From assembly GCA_050084515.1 (NCBI GenBank), contig CM114271.1, forward strand, positions 4,154,001 through 4,218,000: 64,000 bases of DNA. The letters run 5' to 3'. Position numbers and translations under genes: made by a program. Origin of the DNA: Blasia pusilla. Lineage: Eukaryota. Position 1 is the first letter of the stretch; each line of letters opens with the position of its first letter. Positions 14,418 through 27,965 of this stretch are shown here, in pieces. Under the pieces are notes generated by a model that saw only the letters and a program-made list of their open reading frames with translations, ran no database searches and had not been told where the DNA came from.

Positions 14418-14533
14418 GAACTCAAATTTTATGTGAAAAAAAGGCAGGAAGAAGTTTGTGATTCAACATTGAGAATTGTCAAGGCCATTGAAAAACTCAA
14501 GTGAACAATGCAAGGATATGAAATATTGCTAAG

Positions 14534-14653
<120 letters not shown>

Positions 14654-15690
14654 AAATAGAAAATGGCACTCATAAACACCTTCATAATTGCATATCCAAG
14701 TTTATGAATAGTAAAATTCAACAGAAGTAAAAATACTTAGAATGGTGTCATTGATACATTCCAAAACTTCACCTCACTATCAAGTTAGTTACATTAGTCC
14801 TTTATTGAACAACACCACACCATAGTCTTCGAGATAGACATATGTCTTCTCTTTGTAGCTATAATACAAGAAAGTACATAAAAGACACATAGAAATGATT
14901 TCCCAAGGTAGAAAAAAAGACATCACAATAGGAATTCTTCAACCATCATAGGAATATGCATGATAAGAACTTCAGGAAGTGATAACACATATGTAATCAT
15001 GTGGAAAAAAGTTTATTGTGTACTCAATTGGAATAATTGAAGTGTAGGACAGAGGTCATCATGCTATAGGATCGGAGAAAAAAATTAAACCAAAGAACTT
15101 ACATGTGACAATTTAAAATCTCTTAGTGCTGGAAACTACCCAATGGTGGCATTTAGTTTACTACTTAATGAACCACTTTCTTCATATTCAACTCACGCCA
15201 ACTAATGGCACTCTCAACTTCATCTCCAAATATACGTTGTGGTGGATCATCGTTTTCATTTATCTCCCACAATGGGTAATCTAGTTGTGTTATACTTTTA
15301 AGGTCTACTCGGACTATACCAAGTGCAATCTCCTTACAATGGACTTGTCACGACCACTCAAGCCTAAAATAACATCGATACCCAAAATATTTTTGATGAG
15401 ATTTGGTTGGGTAAGATATACCTCGTCCCCCCCACAAAATTGCAATCATCAGGTCGAAGTTAGACACCAAGGTAGTTGCATGTCGAGATACATATGCAAG
15501 TATGAGATTTTCATGGGTTACTTGGATGAAGGTCCCCATACTAGTAAGTTCCTTGAAAATCTTACAAATGTCACTTGATTGGTTATAGATTATACGAACT
15601 ACAAGAAAATGAGAACACCTATTTCTATGAAGAAAAGAGGAGATATGTTATGCAAAGTCATTGAGCATCAAGAAATATGGTAAAAAAATA

Positions 15691-18600
15691 TGTGGAAAAC
15701 TGCTAAAAAAGCATAATTGGTGGGAAACGGCTCTCACACTCACACATCATCATGACGAACGAAATTTGCAATGAGAGAATGAATGGAGGCTGGTCCCCTT
15801 CTCAATTATATAGGGTATGTACAAACAACCCTAACCCTAACCCTAACCCTAACCTTAACCTTAACCATAATCTCGAGTTAGACTAACTATGATTAACTAA
15901 CCCTAGTTAAGACAATCACGCTTAACTGATTAACCAATATTAAGCTTCCATACTTGGTGTGAGTACCAAATGTAGCAGTTTAGATGTTTCATGAGCTTGA
16001 TTGTAACTCAATCTTTAATATTCCCCCTCAAGCTCATATCGATATCTCTAACGACTAAATCATTTCTAAACATCTCAAACTTATCTCTAAACAATGCCTT
16101 TGTAAAGATGTCAGAAATTTGATGATCTGTACCTATCTACACAAGATCAATTTCTCCTGCAAGCCCTTTCTCTCTGATAAAATGATAGTGCACCTCAACA
16201 TGTTTTGTACGAGCATGTACACACGATTATTAGCAAGCCTGATGCTACTAATATTGTCTGCATATATTACACTAGGTCTTAAGTTACTTACACCATTTGC
16301 AACAAGTAATCGACGAAGCCACACCACCTCACATGCTGTATTGGTTGCTCCTTTGTACTTAGCCTCTGTTGAAGATAAAACAACTGCGGGTTGCTTTTTT
16401 GAAGCCCAACTTATAACTGCGCTTCCCAAAGTAAATGAATAACCAGATGTGGAGTGTCGACCATATACGCTTCTTGGTCAATCATCATCTGTGAATCCCT
16501 GTAATTAAAAACAAGGAGAAGGTTCGAATTGAAACCCGAATTGAACAAAGAATTTCACATACCGCATAATCCTCCTCACAACATCAAGGTGAGGTTTTCG
16601 AGGTGGTTGCATAAATTGGCTCACTAGGCCAACTACATAGCTCAAATCTCGCCTGATTATAGTCAGATAGATCAAACTTCCAACCATGCACATGTTCATA
16701 TTAGAATCTACAAGCAACTCTCCTTCATCCACTCTTAGCTTCAGACTATGGTCCAACGGTGTAGAGATTGGCTTACAAGCCATCATACGATATTTTGAAA
16801 GCATATGAAGAGCATATTTTCGTTATAGTAACCACATGCTCTCTCCAACCTTGATAAGTTCAACATCAAAGAAATACTTGAGTTGTGCGAAGTCCTTCAT
16901 ACCAAATTTTGCTTGTAACTTCAACTTAACTTATTGTACCAATTCTTCATTACTTCCAGTAATCAAGAGGTTGTCAACATACAACACAATAATAACCGTA
17001 TGATCTTTTCCTCTCAAGACATATAATGAGGAGTCAGAATCACATACCCTAAATCCCAACTCTTGTAGGACGTATGTAATCTTGCCATACCAAGCTCTTG
17101 GAGCTTGTTTGAGCCTATATAGAGCTTTCTTCAACCTGCATACTCGAAGTGGAAACTCAGGATGCTCATATCCAAGTAGTTGAGTCATATATACCTCCTC
17201 ATATAGATCTCCATTCAAGAAGGCATTTTTGACGTCCATGTGATGTAATCTCCACTTCTTACTTAGTGCAATTGCAAGCACTGTTCTCGTAGTCGCCATC
17301 TTTGCAATAGGGCTAAAAGTTTCTTCATAATCAATGCCATATTGTTGTGCATAGCCATTAGCCACCAATCTCGCTTTGTATCTGTTAACTATACCATCTT
17401 GATTGCGTTTGATTTTGTAAACCCATTCGCAACCAATAGCTTCCTTACCCGAAGATATATCAACCAGCTCCCATATCTCTTGATGGCTTAATGCAACAAG
17501 CTCTTCCTCCATAGCTTCAACCCATTCAACTTTACCTATAACTTCTTCAAAACAACTCGGCTCATGTTCTTGAAGGGTAGTCATCATATATGCATGATGT
17601 GTCGTAAGGAAACCTTCATTTATGAATCTATGAATAGGATGTGTAACTCTACTTGATCTATGAAATTGTTGTTCAGAGGTAGATGCCTCTGACACCTAAC
17701 TCAAGCTCTTACTTGTGTCAACAAATTGAATACGTATCCTTCCCTTCCATGGACTCACAAATCTAATTGATGAATCTATGACCTCTCTTCCTAATCTTGC
17801 ACTAGTACTTGGGGAATTTGAAGGCAATGTCTGTTGGTTTACAGTCATATTCTCCCTCTCAACAAACAAGTTTAGAGATAGAATAGGTTTAGATGGAGCA
17901 TACCATGACTTTAGCTTAACAAAGACAACATCGCGACTAATAATAAGCTGCCTAGAGGATGGAATGTAGCACTTATATCCCTTAGTTTCATCATCGTAGC
18001 TAATGAAGATACATCTTTCAAACTTGGGGTCTAATTTTTTACGTCTCTCAGAAGGAACACGAGCATAATAAGTACAAACAAATACTTTCAAGAAGGAAAA
18101 ATCAAATTTATTTTCTATGAAGACTTCCAATGGAGTCTTATCATGAACTCTTGTTGTTGGAGTTTGGTTGATTAAGAAAACTACACACGCTACAGCCTCT
18201 ACCCAATACACCTTAGGTATGTTCTTCTCATTCAACATAGCTCGTGCCGCCTCAATAATATGTCGATTCTTTCTCTCAACCACTCCATTTTGTTCTGGAG
18301 TGTAATGGCAAGTCCCTTGACATTAGATGCCATTATAACATAAATAGTCATCAAACTCTGTTGAAAGATTTTCTTCTCCTCCATCACAACGTAATTTCAA
18401 AATGTGATCTTCAGTCTACTTTTCTACTAGAACTCTCAATGTTTGGAACACTGAGAATACCTCTAACTTGGCTTTCAGAAAGTATACCCATATATACTTA
18501 GAGAAGTCATCAATAAATGAAACAAAATACTGACAACCACTAAGGCTATGTTGTGATGCTGTCCACACATTATTGTGGATCAACTTCAATATCTTGGATG

Positions 18601-21017
18601 CTCTTTTACCTTGCTTTGGAAAAGGAAATGTAGCTTGTTTTCCCAATTGGCAAGCAGGACATACCTCTAACGTAGCAAGACTCGCTAATTTAGGAAGTCC
18701 TTTTACTACATTAGGTTATGAAAGACTGTAATATTTGAAGATTCATATGTCCAATTCTCTTATGCCAAACATTTAGATCTGTGACTTGTTGGCCGGTTTG
18801 ACCATACATTCATATTTGAATATCTAGCATAGAGACATCTAATTTGAACATTCTGCCAGATCTAGTTCCTTTGACCATCGTAGTCTGGTCATTCATTGTT
18901 TCAATGAAATATTCATATGTGTTAAACTTCACTTGATAACCCTGTTCTATTATGTGTCCTACAAAGATCAATTTCTTGCAATGATAGGAATATAGAGAAT
19001 ATTTCCAAGAGCACAAAGATCATATGATGTTATTGGAACTTTATCGATATGCATGATATGATGTTGAGGGTGATCTCCTGTGAGCACTATTGCAGGATCT
19101 TTCACAAGCTCCAAACTAATGAACCATTTAGGTTGTGAGGTCATGTGATTTGATGCACTAGAGTCAATGCACCAATCTGTTGTCGAGTCTTTCTTGACCA
19201 TTGCTCCCATATGATGAGTCATGACCAAGAGAGTTTCGTTTGTGAAAGTTTTTGTTGTTGTTATTACTCTTGGTGTTGTTGCTCCACATATTTGTTTTGC
19301 TCTAAGGCTTCTATTCTCATATCTAGCTTCTTCTTGAAGCAAAACTTTTTATAGTGACCTTTTATCCCATAGTAATTGCAAGATCCAGGGATCCTCTACT
19401 ACCGATCTCGACCCCAACGATTTCCACCATCACCACCTTGTCATTGCGTTTGGTACTGGTTCGTAGTTGATTGAGTGATGTTATATTGAGTGCCTCTTCT
19501 TCCATATGCTTGCTATCCACGACGACCACGGAAGCTTCTATCACGACCCCTACCTTTGTTTTATCCATAACCTACAAATAACGAACTCTCTTGCAGACTA
19601 GACGAGCTGCCGCTGTCTACTAGGCGCATCTCTTCATTGATTAACAATGAGACTAACTCTTGAGAGGTTGGATACTTCTCTCTCATATAGATAGAGGTCT
19701 CAAAGGACCTATAATCCTTTGGAAGGCCTTGAAGAGTGAACAAAATCATATCATCATCTTCTACTGTCACTCTAATGTTATTCAATTGATCAAGAATATG
19801 TTAGATACTCAAAATATAATCATTGATGCTCTTCGATCCTTTCCTCACTTCGTTCAATTGTTGTTTCAATTAAAGCTTTCTGGCCTTTGTGGATGTCTGG
19901 AACAGCTTTTCCAATGCATCTTAGGTCTCCTTCAGAGTATCAACATCTTGAATGTGACCTTTCATTGGCAAACTGATAGTCATGGAAATGTAGTGGATTA
20001 CTAGCCTTGCGTGTTTGTTCCAAGCGCGAATATTCAAGTCTGTTGAGTCACCTTCTGGCTTTGCCTCATCACCTGTGACAAACTCCCATAGTTCTTGACC
20101 CATGAGAAATTGTTTCATGCGAAACTTCCAGACATTGTAATTCTACTTATCTAGCTTCTCGCATATGATTGCTGCTGAGGAATACTCCACGGCGAATAAT
20201 TTCACTCACAAAAACGTAATTTCAAGCACTCACTGCTCCAATTGAAGCATAGACCAGTCTTATAGAGAAATCGACTTGAAATTTGCCAAGATTGATCAAT
20301 TGTATGAAACAACTAGTCGAAATTGGTCTGTAGAGAGCAAACTACACAACTTTTCTTCACTAATTGCACTTTCCTACATTGAGATTGCTACTGCAGGAGC
20401 TCAGAATGTCAAAATCAAGAAATTTTGGATGCATTAGAAAGCTCTTAACGAGCTCTATAAGACCGCTACATCAAGCCTTTGGCATCATCCTAGCTGTTGC
20501 AGACCCATATGGCTAAATCGACCAAGAAAGCCCGTAAAAATGCCTACAAAGTTTTATCATCATCAAAGCTCCACATGAAATCTGCACCCATTGAGCTCTG
20601 AATGAAATTTTGTTCTCCCAAAATGATATTATGCCTTTTCTTTCCTCTCTTCTCTCTTCAAACACCAAGAATTTCAACTGATGTTCTCGTATTGCTTTGA
20701 TACCATGTGGAAAACTGCTAAAAAAGCATAACTGGTGGGAAACGACTCTCACACTCACACATTACCATGGAGAACAAAATTTGTAATGAGAGAATGAGTG
20801 GAGGCTGGTTCCCTTCTCAATTATATAGGGCATGTACAAGAAACTCTAACCCTAACATTAACCATAGTCTCGAGTTAGACTAACTATGATTAACTAACCC
20901 TAGTTAAGATAATCGCACTTAACTGACCAACCAAGATTAAGCTTTCCTATTTGGTGTGAGTACCAAATGTAGCAGTTCAAGTGTTTCATGAGCTTGATTA
21001 AAACTCAATCTTCAATA
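15691..21017 (-). mobile_element. Near full-length Ty1/copia LTR retrotransposon (5' LTR 21017..20706, PBS 20705..20694, gag-PR-INT-RT-RH, PPT ~16030..16021, 3' LTR 16020..15691); ORF broken by stops and frameshifts
   Basis: Two similar LTRs (312 and 330 bp). PBS TGGTATCAAAGC (initiator-Met type) and PPT TGAGGGGGAA. Motifs appear in copia order: gag NYNVWKFRMKQFL, protease WCIDSSASNHM, integrase YFVSFIDDFSKYIWVYF and VERKNRHIIEAARAM, RT YKARLVANGYAQQYGIDYEETFSP and LYVDN, RNase H ISWASKKQ..V.LSSTEAKY. Confidence 0.97.
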
Positions 21018-21844
21018 AAAATCTCATGTGTGGATGATTATCTGTTATTTTTGTTGCTAGACCTTAATTCACCCTTTGTGGCATTTCCAAGACTTCCAAC
21101 CACATCACTACTTGCATGGACTTTCTTCTTCTTCTTTGGCGATAGTTTAATTTCCATGGATGCTACATCTGTAAAAATATAGTGGACTTAGTTATTAATT
21201 AAGCATAAATTATCTAGACTAAGTAATTGTTCAGGGTACAATCTCCACAAAGATTTCCAATTAAAAAAACCATAGCAAGTCCTCACCTTAAGGAGGGAAA
21301 ATCAATGATCCTTTCTTCTTCACTTCCCTATGTATGGATTTAAAGGACCAACCAACATGATTGCATGCTTATTTTAAACACACATAATTATGATGTAAAG
21401 ACTAGACAAGTTTAGTAAAAGTGAATAATTTCAAACTTATGTGCTTACCTTTGGAAATCATACTACAAGCAACGGTTAGCTTTTTCTTCTCCTCAATTTT
21501 ATATCTTCAATACAACACTTTTCTCCATCTTTACAAAGCGAGGATATAAGAGCACGATATTTGTTTTTTTTCTTCTGGAAAAAAAGTTATAGTAGTTTCC
21601 AAAACACTCATAGAAATGGAACAAAGACCAAGGTGATAACATAGCTACACTCTTGAAGTAAACTATTTACAAGCTATTTCTTGCAATTATAATCAAATAT
21701 ATTTTCTCTGGTATATATATTGGAGGGTGTGCATACTCCATACCTGAAACCACTTGCACCTTCTCCTTCTTTTTGGTGAGAGCATGGGTTCTCCTCAGAG
21801 CTCATCAACCATCTTAGCTCTAGCAACAATTATCTCTTTTGATA

Positions 21845-21846
<2 letters not shown>

Positions 21847-21893
<47 letters not shown>
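21847..21893. repeat. (GA)n microsatellite
   Basis: Direct reading. Confidence 0.95.
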
Positions 21894-21897
<4 letters not shown>

Positions 21898-21909
21898 ATT
21901 GAGGGAGGG

Positions 21910-22312
21910 TATTGGATATTCAACATCTATTTCTAAATTCGCATCATTAATCTAAATGATCCCCTTGTATGAGGAGAAGCCTAGATTAATGGTCCCAACT
22001 TAGATATCTAAGGAGTCATAGTTACATGGCGTAGGTGATTTATAGAATAGAGTGTTATTCTAATGACCTAACTCTTCAAATGGGGAAAATTCTAACTAAA
22101 AAAATATAAAAATAGGCCACAAATATAATTTCCAGATTATTCATATAGTCGAGCAATTATAACACTAGTGCATTCTTGTATGTCGAGTCTTCTCCATGTT
22201 TTGGCCTAGGTTCAATAGAGGCTCAATTGTGAGCGCACAAACATATTAGGTCATTTTCTGCTTTAAGGATTTCTACATATTCAATGATTTGTTCATATTC
22301 TCTTTTGTTATA
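21910..22312 (+). mobile_element. Degenerate copy of LTR family B
   Basis: Shares CCTTGTATGAGGAGAAGCCTAGATT..TGGT, AAGGAGTCATAGT and GTATGTCGAGT..TCTCC blocks with 32914-33356. Confidence 0.65.
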
Positions 22313-24713
22313 CCACCAAACACTTCAATCAAAGTCCAAGCTTTTTTATGGCCTTCTTGGAGTCTAACTCTAATAGAACTTGAGCCCTCCTCAAGTTCCA
22401 CCCTAGCTCTTCCAGATCACAATTGTTATCATTCAGACGCCCTTGAAGCCTTACGTCTTGCTTCTACAACTCATACCTCGCTTGAGAGACTTTGAACATT
22501 TTCCATTCTAGTGAGAGCCCTCTAGAGTTCTGATGTTCCACATTAGCATATGTTTGGTTACACTTTGGTTACAATGGTTGTGTAAAATCTCCTTTCTTTC
22601 AGATTTTAAATAGATGAGACTACCAAGTGTTCTATTCTTACATATGCATGTGTAACTTAGAGACTCGCCTTATTTTCTTCCCATAAAAGTAATATGCTAC
22701 CTCATATTTTCCTTTCAAAGAAACTTCATTTCTTCTAGAAGAAACTTTCCTCATATATATAGTAAACCCTTAACATCTTTCTTGAAGTAATGCATATAGA
22801 GCATATTATGAAAATATTTCTTTACGTAGGGCACAAGAGTCAAACATAAAGCATATTCATCATTAAAATTTTATGAAAATAAGAGAATTTATAGAAACAT
22901 GAGTAATTTAAGAATTTTATGAACCATCCATAAGAGGGCCCTTTTTCAAGCATTATAAAAAATGAATGACTAACAAGCTTGAGACCAATTATATCTAAAA
23001 TACATTAATTTGAAATATAAAATTTCCTCAATTTTAAATTAATTTCATATTTTTTCAAGTTAAATGGAAATTTTCATAAAACATAAAGATTCTTAATATC
23101 AAGTAAGAAATATTATTACAATTTTAATTAATTATTATTAGAGACATTCATCTTTAGCCAAAACACCCCCTTAAGTTGAGGAAATTTTATAAATTATAAA
23201 TTGAATTTCAAACTTTATCATGTTAGCCATGGCTCCTAGAATGCAGCCTTACTTTCCTAGTTTGTAAGAAAAAATAATAACCACCAATGAATCTATATAA
23301 CTAAAAGAGTATGGAGTTTGGGAAACCTTCATCCTCCTCCCATGTTGACAAGTGACATATTTAACAAATTAACTACCAAATCATAAACTTAAGGGATGTC
23401 TTTCCCAATCGTAGACTTAACTCATGACTAAACATTTTCACCCAGGGGCATTATGCCAGTAGGGTGTAGTGACAAGTCTACGGAAGTCTGATGTGGTTCT
23501 ATATCAACGGTGACAGATATCAACCAACCTCTACATTCTGTCCTAACTGCGATCTCTAAAAGAAACCCGAAAAGAGCCACGAGAATCCGCGAAATAAAAA
23601 ACAATTGAGTCAACCGCATCCAAGAAGAAGTAGGAGGTTGTCCACACGTAGATAGTGCCGTATTTCGTGTCGAACACTTCAATCAGGGAAATACATGGAT
23701 ATTCGGTGGAAAAAGAGTTTTAGAATGTGTCACAGTGGGTTCTGTTGGACCTAGACCAGTTGTCACTCCATTGACACATGGATTTGAAGGCAGGGGAGAG
23801 ATTGGCCCTAATTCGGTGTCGAAGGGCTCGAGAACAAACGAATGAGGGACGGGACGAGAAAATAGAGCTGCTGACGCCGGAGTATGGGCAGGTGGTCTGT
23901 GTGGGGGAGCTCGCGAGGACTGGTAGGCTGCAAGGCTCCGGGCTCGACAGGAACAGTCCAAGTGATACGGGTGTGTGTGTGTGAGCGAGAGAGAGAGACT
24001 GCCACGGAACAGAGAGTGCATTCCATTTCGACCTTCCAAGTTTTTTGTTTTTTTTTTGGTTTGTTTTCCTTTTCGGCAAAAGAAGCAGGGCTGCGACTGA
24101 GATGAGTTCGAGATAGAACACCAGCCTCAACTTCGTTGCAGAGTCTTGTCCCGTGGCATATCTGTATATTAAGCGAGGAACCGCACTGACATTTGAGTAG
24201 CCACCTTCCGACTATAGATAGCATCTCCAGATCTACATCTTCGAAGTATCAACCGACCTACTCTGTATAGAATCTGGTTTGATACTATTCTGCTGTAGCT
24301 TAGTTCCGGAAGTCGTGACCGTGTCTGGCTAGTGATAGGGGTGTATCAATTCCCGGTTGCCTCTCGTTGTATCACGACTTCGCCATTCCGTTTTCACCCA
24401 CGATTCTGCGTTGCATTGGATACATCTGACATCGCCTGTCATGTGGCGTCATCCTGGACTCGCGCGTCCCAATATGTGGGCGGCGTAATTCCGTATGCAA
24501 TGTTCGATAGTTTTGCTTCTCAACTCTAATGCTAAGTTAGCTGTGAGCCTGTGTCCTTCTAGGCCTTCTGTCTACAGTCCGCCGCTGTCTTTCATTTTCT
24601 CTCTCTTCACAGCTCCCTCGAGTCCCGTACGCGTCGACGATGAATCAGAACATTCGTTCTGCAGTGCTTCCTCCTTCCTTCCATGTGCCGTCCTCGCCTT
24701 CTCGTGTGAACGT

Positions 24714-25190
24714 CTAAACGCTTGTGCAGCGAACTTTATAATATTCCTGTGGCCCGGAGATCGTTCTCTCTTTCAAATGCTGTGATAGGTGAAGTGTGAA
24801 CATAGCTTCCGCAAGCCTTGTGTGCCTCCTCGGGAAGATCGCAAGTTCCGGGATCTGCACTCGTGGGTGTGCTTGTAGCAGTAAATTTCGCGTCCATTGG
24901 AAGAATGTCTTGTTCTCCGATCGTGATGTCCGGTCGAAGTCCATCCGTAAACCTTCAATGGTCGTCTTAGAGCCATCCATCTCAGTAATTTCCGTTCCTC
25001 GCTCGTCAAATTCTCTAAGAAATTTGTCGACGGTATCTTTCCACCTTCGACAAGTGGATACGGGAACATGAATACGTGCGGATTCCGAGGTCCTTGAGGA
25101 TTGGTTGAACTTAGGAGATGCTAAGGTCCTTAGTATTTGATGAAGCATGACATGGTCGGTTCACGCCACAAGGTCAACAAAGGTTTCCAT
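24714..25190 (-). pseudogene. Possible F-box-like protein pseudogene
   Basis: ATG at 25190 gives METFVDLVA*TDHVMLHQILRTL...VSTCRRWKDTV, resembling an N-terminal F-box (DL..D..L..IL..L ... VCRRWK). One in-frame stop. Confidence 0.3.
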
Positions 25191-27419
25191 TGAACAAGAG
25201 CAACACGGTTTTAAAGCTTGGGCTTAGACCAGTATAGCCACCGACATATTCTGCTTTGTTCAGGTGCAGTTAGTGCCGAATTCACATTTCCAATAGCACT
25301 ACTGACAAATTATACCTACACATTTGTCACCGTTCGAAATAGGAGGGTTTTTTTTTTTCCCTGTTGGTTTCGCTCGCTCGGTTGGTTAGCCAGAAGATGT
25401 TGAATACTCCAGCCCCGAGAATATTCAATCTAGTCTGTTCCATGTCTCTGGTCTGCTGGTTGATGGGTACTGCGTACACCCAATCGAACACTCACTTTTG
25501 GCTTCACGAGGTGCCAACGCTCGTGTTTCCCAAATCACGGCGATTGCTCGGCGAGAGTTTGAGGAATAGCCTTCGGAATCAACAAGACATGGCTGAGCCA
25601 TCAACGTCGCATGAGGTTGTGAAAGCGGACCGTGCGGTCATCTGCGTGTGTGATCATCGTCGCCAATCGTCACTCCATGGGAGATCATCAGCGAATGTGC
25701 CATCAAGCTCGACAGATCAGGAGGATGGTGGATCGTCCACGAAGAAATCGAGGTGGAGCAAATTCCAGTATCAACAAGCGCTACATCAAGTGCCGGGCGG
25801 GCCCGACCCCATTCACAATAGGTAGAGAGGACGTACCCATATGCAACCAACCATTCATGCACAATCGAAAATACGTGAAGAAAACAATAAAGAAATATGT
25901 TCGTATCTATACACACGCACCTTTATTTACATAGCCAGTGACAGTGGTGGATGCGATCAGTGCAAGTGAGCTTCAGAGTTCGAGGTCTAATTCATACGCG
26001 TAGAGTCTGACGTGGATCCGTCATATGCAGACCTCGATGTTGATACATCGGCATATTCAATCGCGAGTCTAGATTTGCCTGTGGACCCGAGCTAGAGATT
26101 GAATTTCATGATGAGTTAGAGCAGAAGGCATCGAATCTATTTGATCTGGTAGCTCTGGTCTCCTAGCTCGCTACGCTTGAATATCGGAGACCGCATCAGT
26201 CAGTAAGTTTATTATCCCGCTCACTTCTTATCGAGAAAATATCTTTCATCACGTATTTATCTTGATGGTGTATCTGATGATCATGAATCAGAGGCGGCGA
26301 CCGGAGGTCCATGTAAATTCTTCGACAGTCTACTTCTAGTCGTAGCCGCACTCTTTCTGTGACAATCCAGGCCGATGAAACGAAATCGCCTTCACATCTT
26401 ACATCAGCACACCCAGACTTCATCTATGGAGTTCATCAACTTACTCGGCTGGACTGGAACGGGACCTTGGGAGCAGCGCATGAAAATTTTCGATGAGGAA
26501 ATGAGGAGATCGAAGTCGTCCGACTTGCGGATCTCCATATCTCCAATACGATAAACGTGTATCACTTGGATCCTGTTCTATATTTTGCACTTCGGCAGGC
26601 GCGAAGTTTTGGTCAGAGGAGATATGACGCTACCTACGGTGGATCTTCAGCAATGTGCACACTTACTCAGGAGGCATCTAGCGCTTAGGTTCTAGACCCT
26701 ACAGGAATCGCCAGGTCTCAAACCTTAAACCTTGGACACCTGCTTGTTGTCACTGACAGATGGAAGAAGTTCAGAGATATACTTCTGCCTTTGCACCTTC
26801 TGTATACGGTGTTCGAATTCTGGATAACTACTGTTAATGGTTGTCTTACTTCTACTTCCGCTACGCGAGAAGAACGGAGTATGGAAATGCGAGGTATGGG
26901 GGTACATGGCTCTTATTCATGGTTAAATTTAAATAAAATAAATAGCCATCTGGTTTTGGACTCAGCTGGGGCTAGGTTCCAAGGACTACCGGTGGGATTT
27001 CTCGGTTGGGCAAGTGATCAGTTGATTGATGCATTTTTCATGTTCATTCTCATTGTATCATAGATGATTCCCAAAGTTTTGCTCGCTTCATTTGGTGTGG
27101 ACGTTGTGCTAAGAATTTGTGAAGAGGTGCTCCGGCCGTTGCGGCAAACAACATGTTATCTATATTATTATTGGACAGTGCCTTCTTGATTTGCAAACAC
27201 CTCTTTGCTTGACACGTGACAACCGGGCATCAAGAAAATGTCTCCTCCTCTACGGCAGCAAGAAAAAGATTTTGTGTGCAACGTGATTAGTCCTTTCACT
27301 CTCGTGCATGGCACGGGCTGCCCACTAATACATTGTGATGTGTGCATCATTTTCTCATTGTCGATTGTACAATAGCCAAGCTCTCTCAAGTAAGTAGGAG
27401 CCCAATTTGGCACCTACTA

Positions 27420-27468
27420 ACTTCTTCTTCTTCTTCTTCTTCTTATTCTTATTCTTATTATTATTATT
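27420..27468. repeat. Compound (CTT)n/(ATT)n microsatellite
   Basis: Direct reading. Confidence 0.9.
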
Positions 27469-27965
27469 GCTTTCGCTAAAAATCAAATAGTATAGGAAAT
27501 AGTATAGGTCACCAGACATAATGTCTAAACTATAGTGAAGTCCACATGGAAGACTTTGTGTCTAAAGTTCCATAAAATCCACTTTGCACAATTTTAAGTG
27601 AAAATTTAGAAGACAGAGTAAGAATAGGAATCATAACCCCCCTATAGGAATAGGAATCATAATTAAGACAATTGAGATAATTGAAAATTGAATTGGCTTG
27701 TTTTATCGACCAAGATTTTCCAAAAAGTGTTCAAATTCAGCTTTTTGGTAAGTGGCGTCCTGCCTCTTCTTCTGCTTCATCTCCGCCTCCATGCATTTCT
27801 TCTCGGCCTTCTCATCCTCCGCGAGCAATTTCGCTTCCCGCTTCTCCTCTTGCTTCGCGAGCTTCTCTAGAGCTAGCTTTGCCAACATTTCCTGCTTCCT
27901 CATCTTGGTTTCCTCTCGCGCCTCGATTTCCTCGTGCCGCACACCTACGGCCGTGCGTCGCGTAC

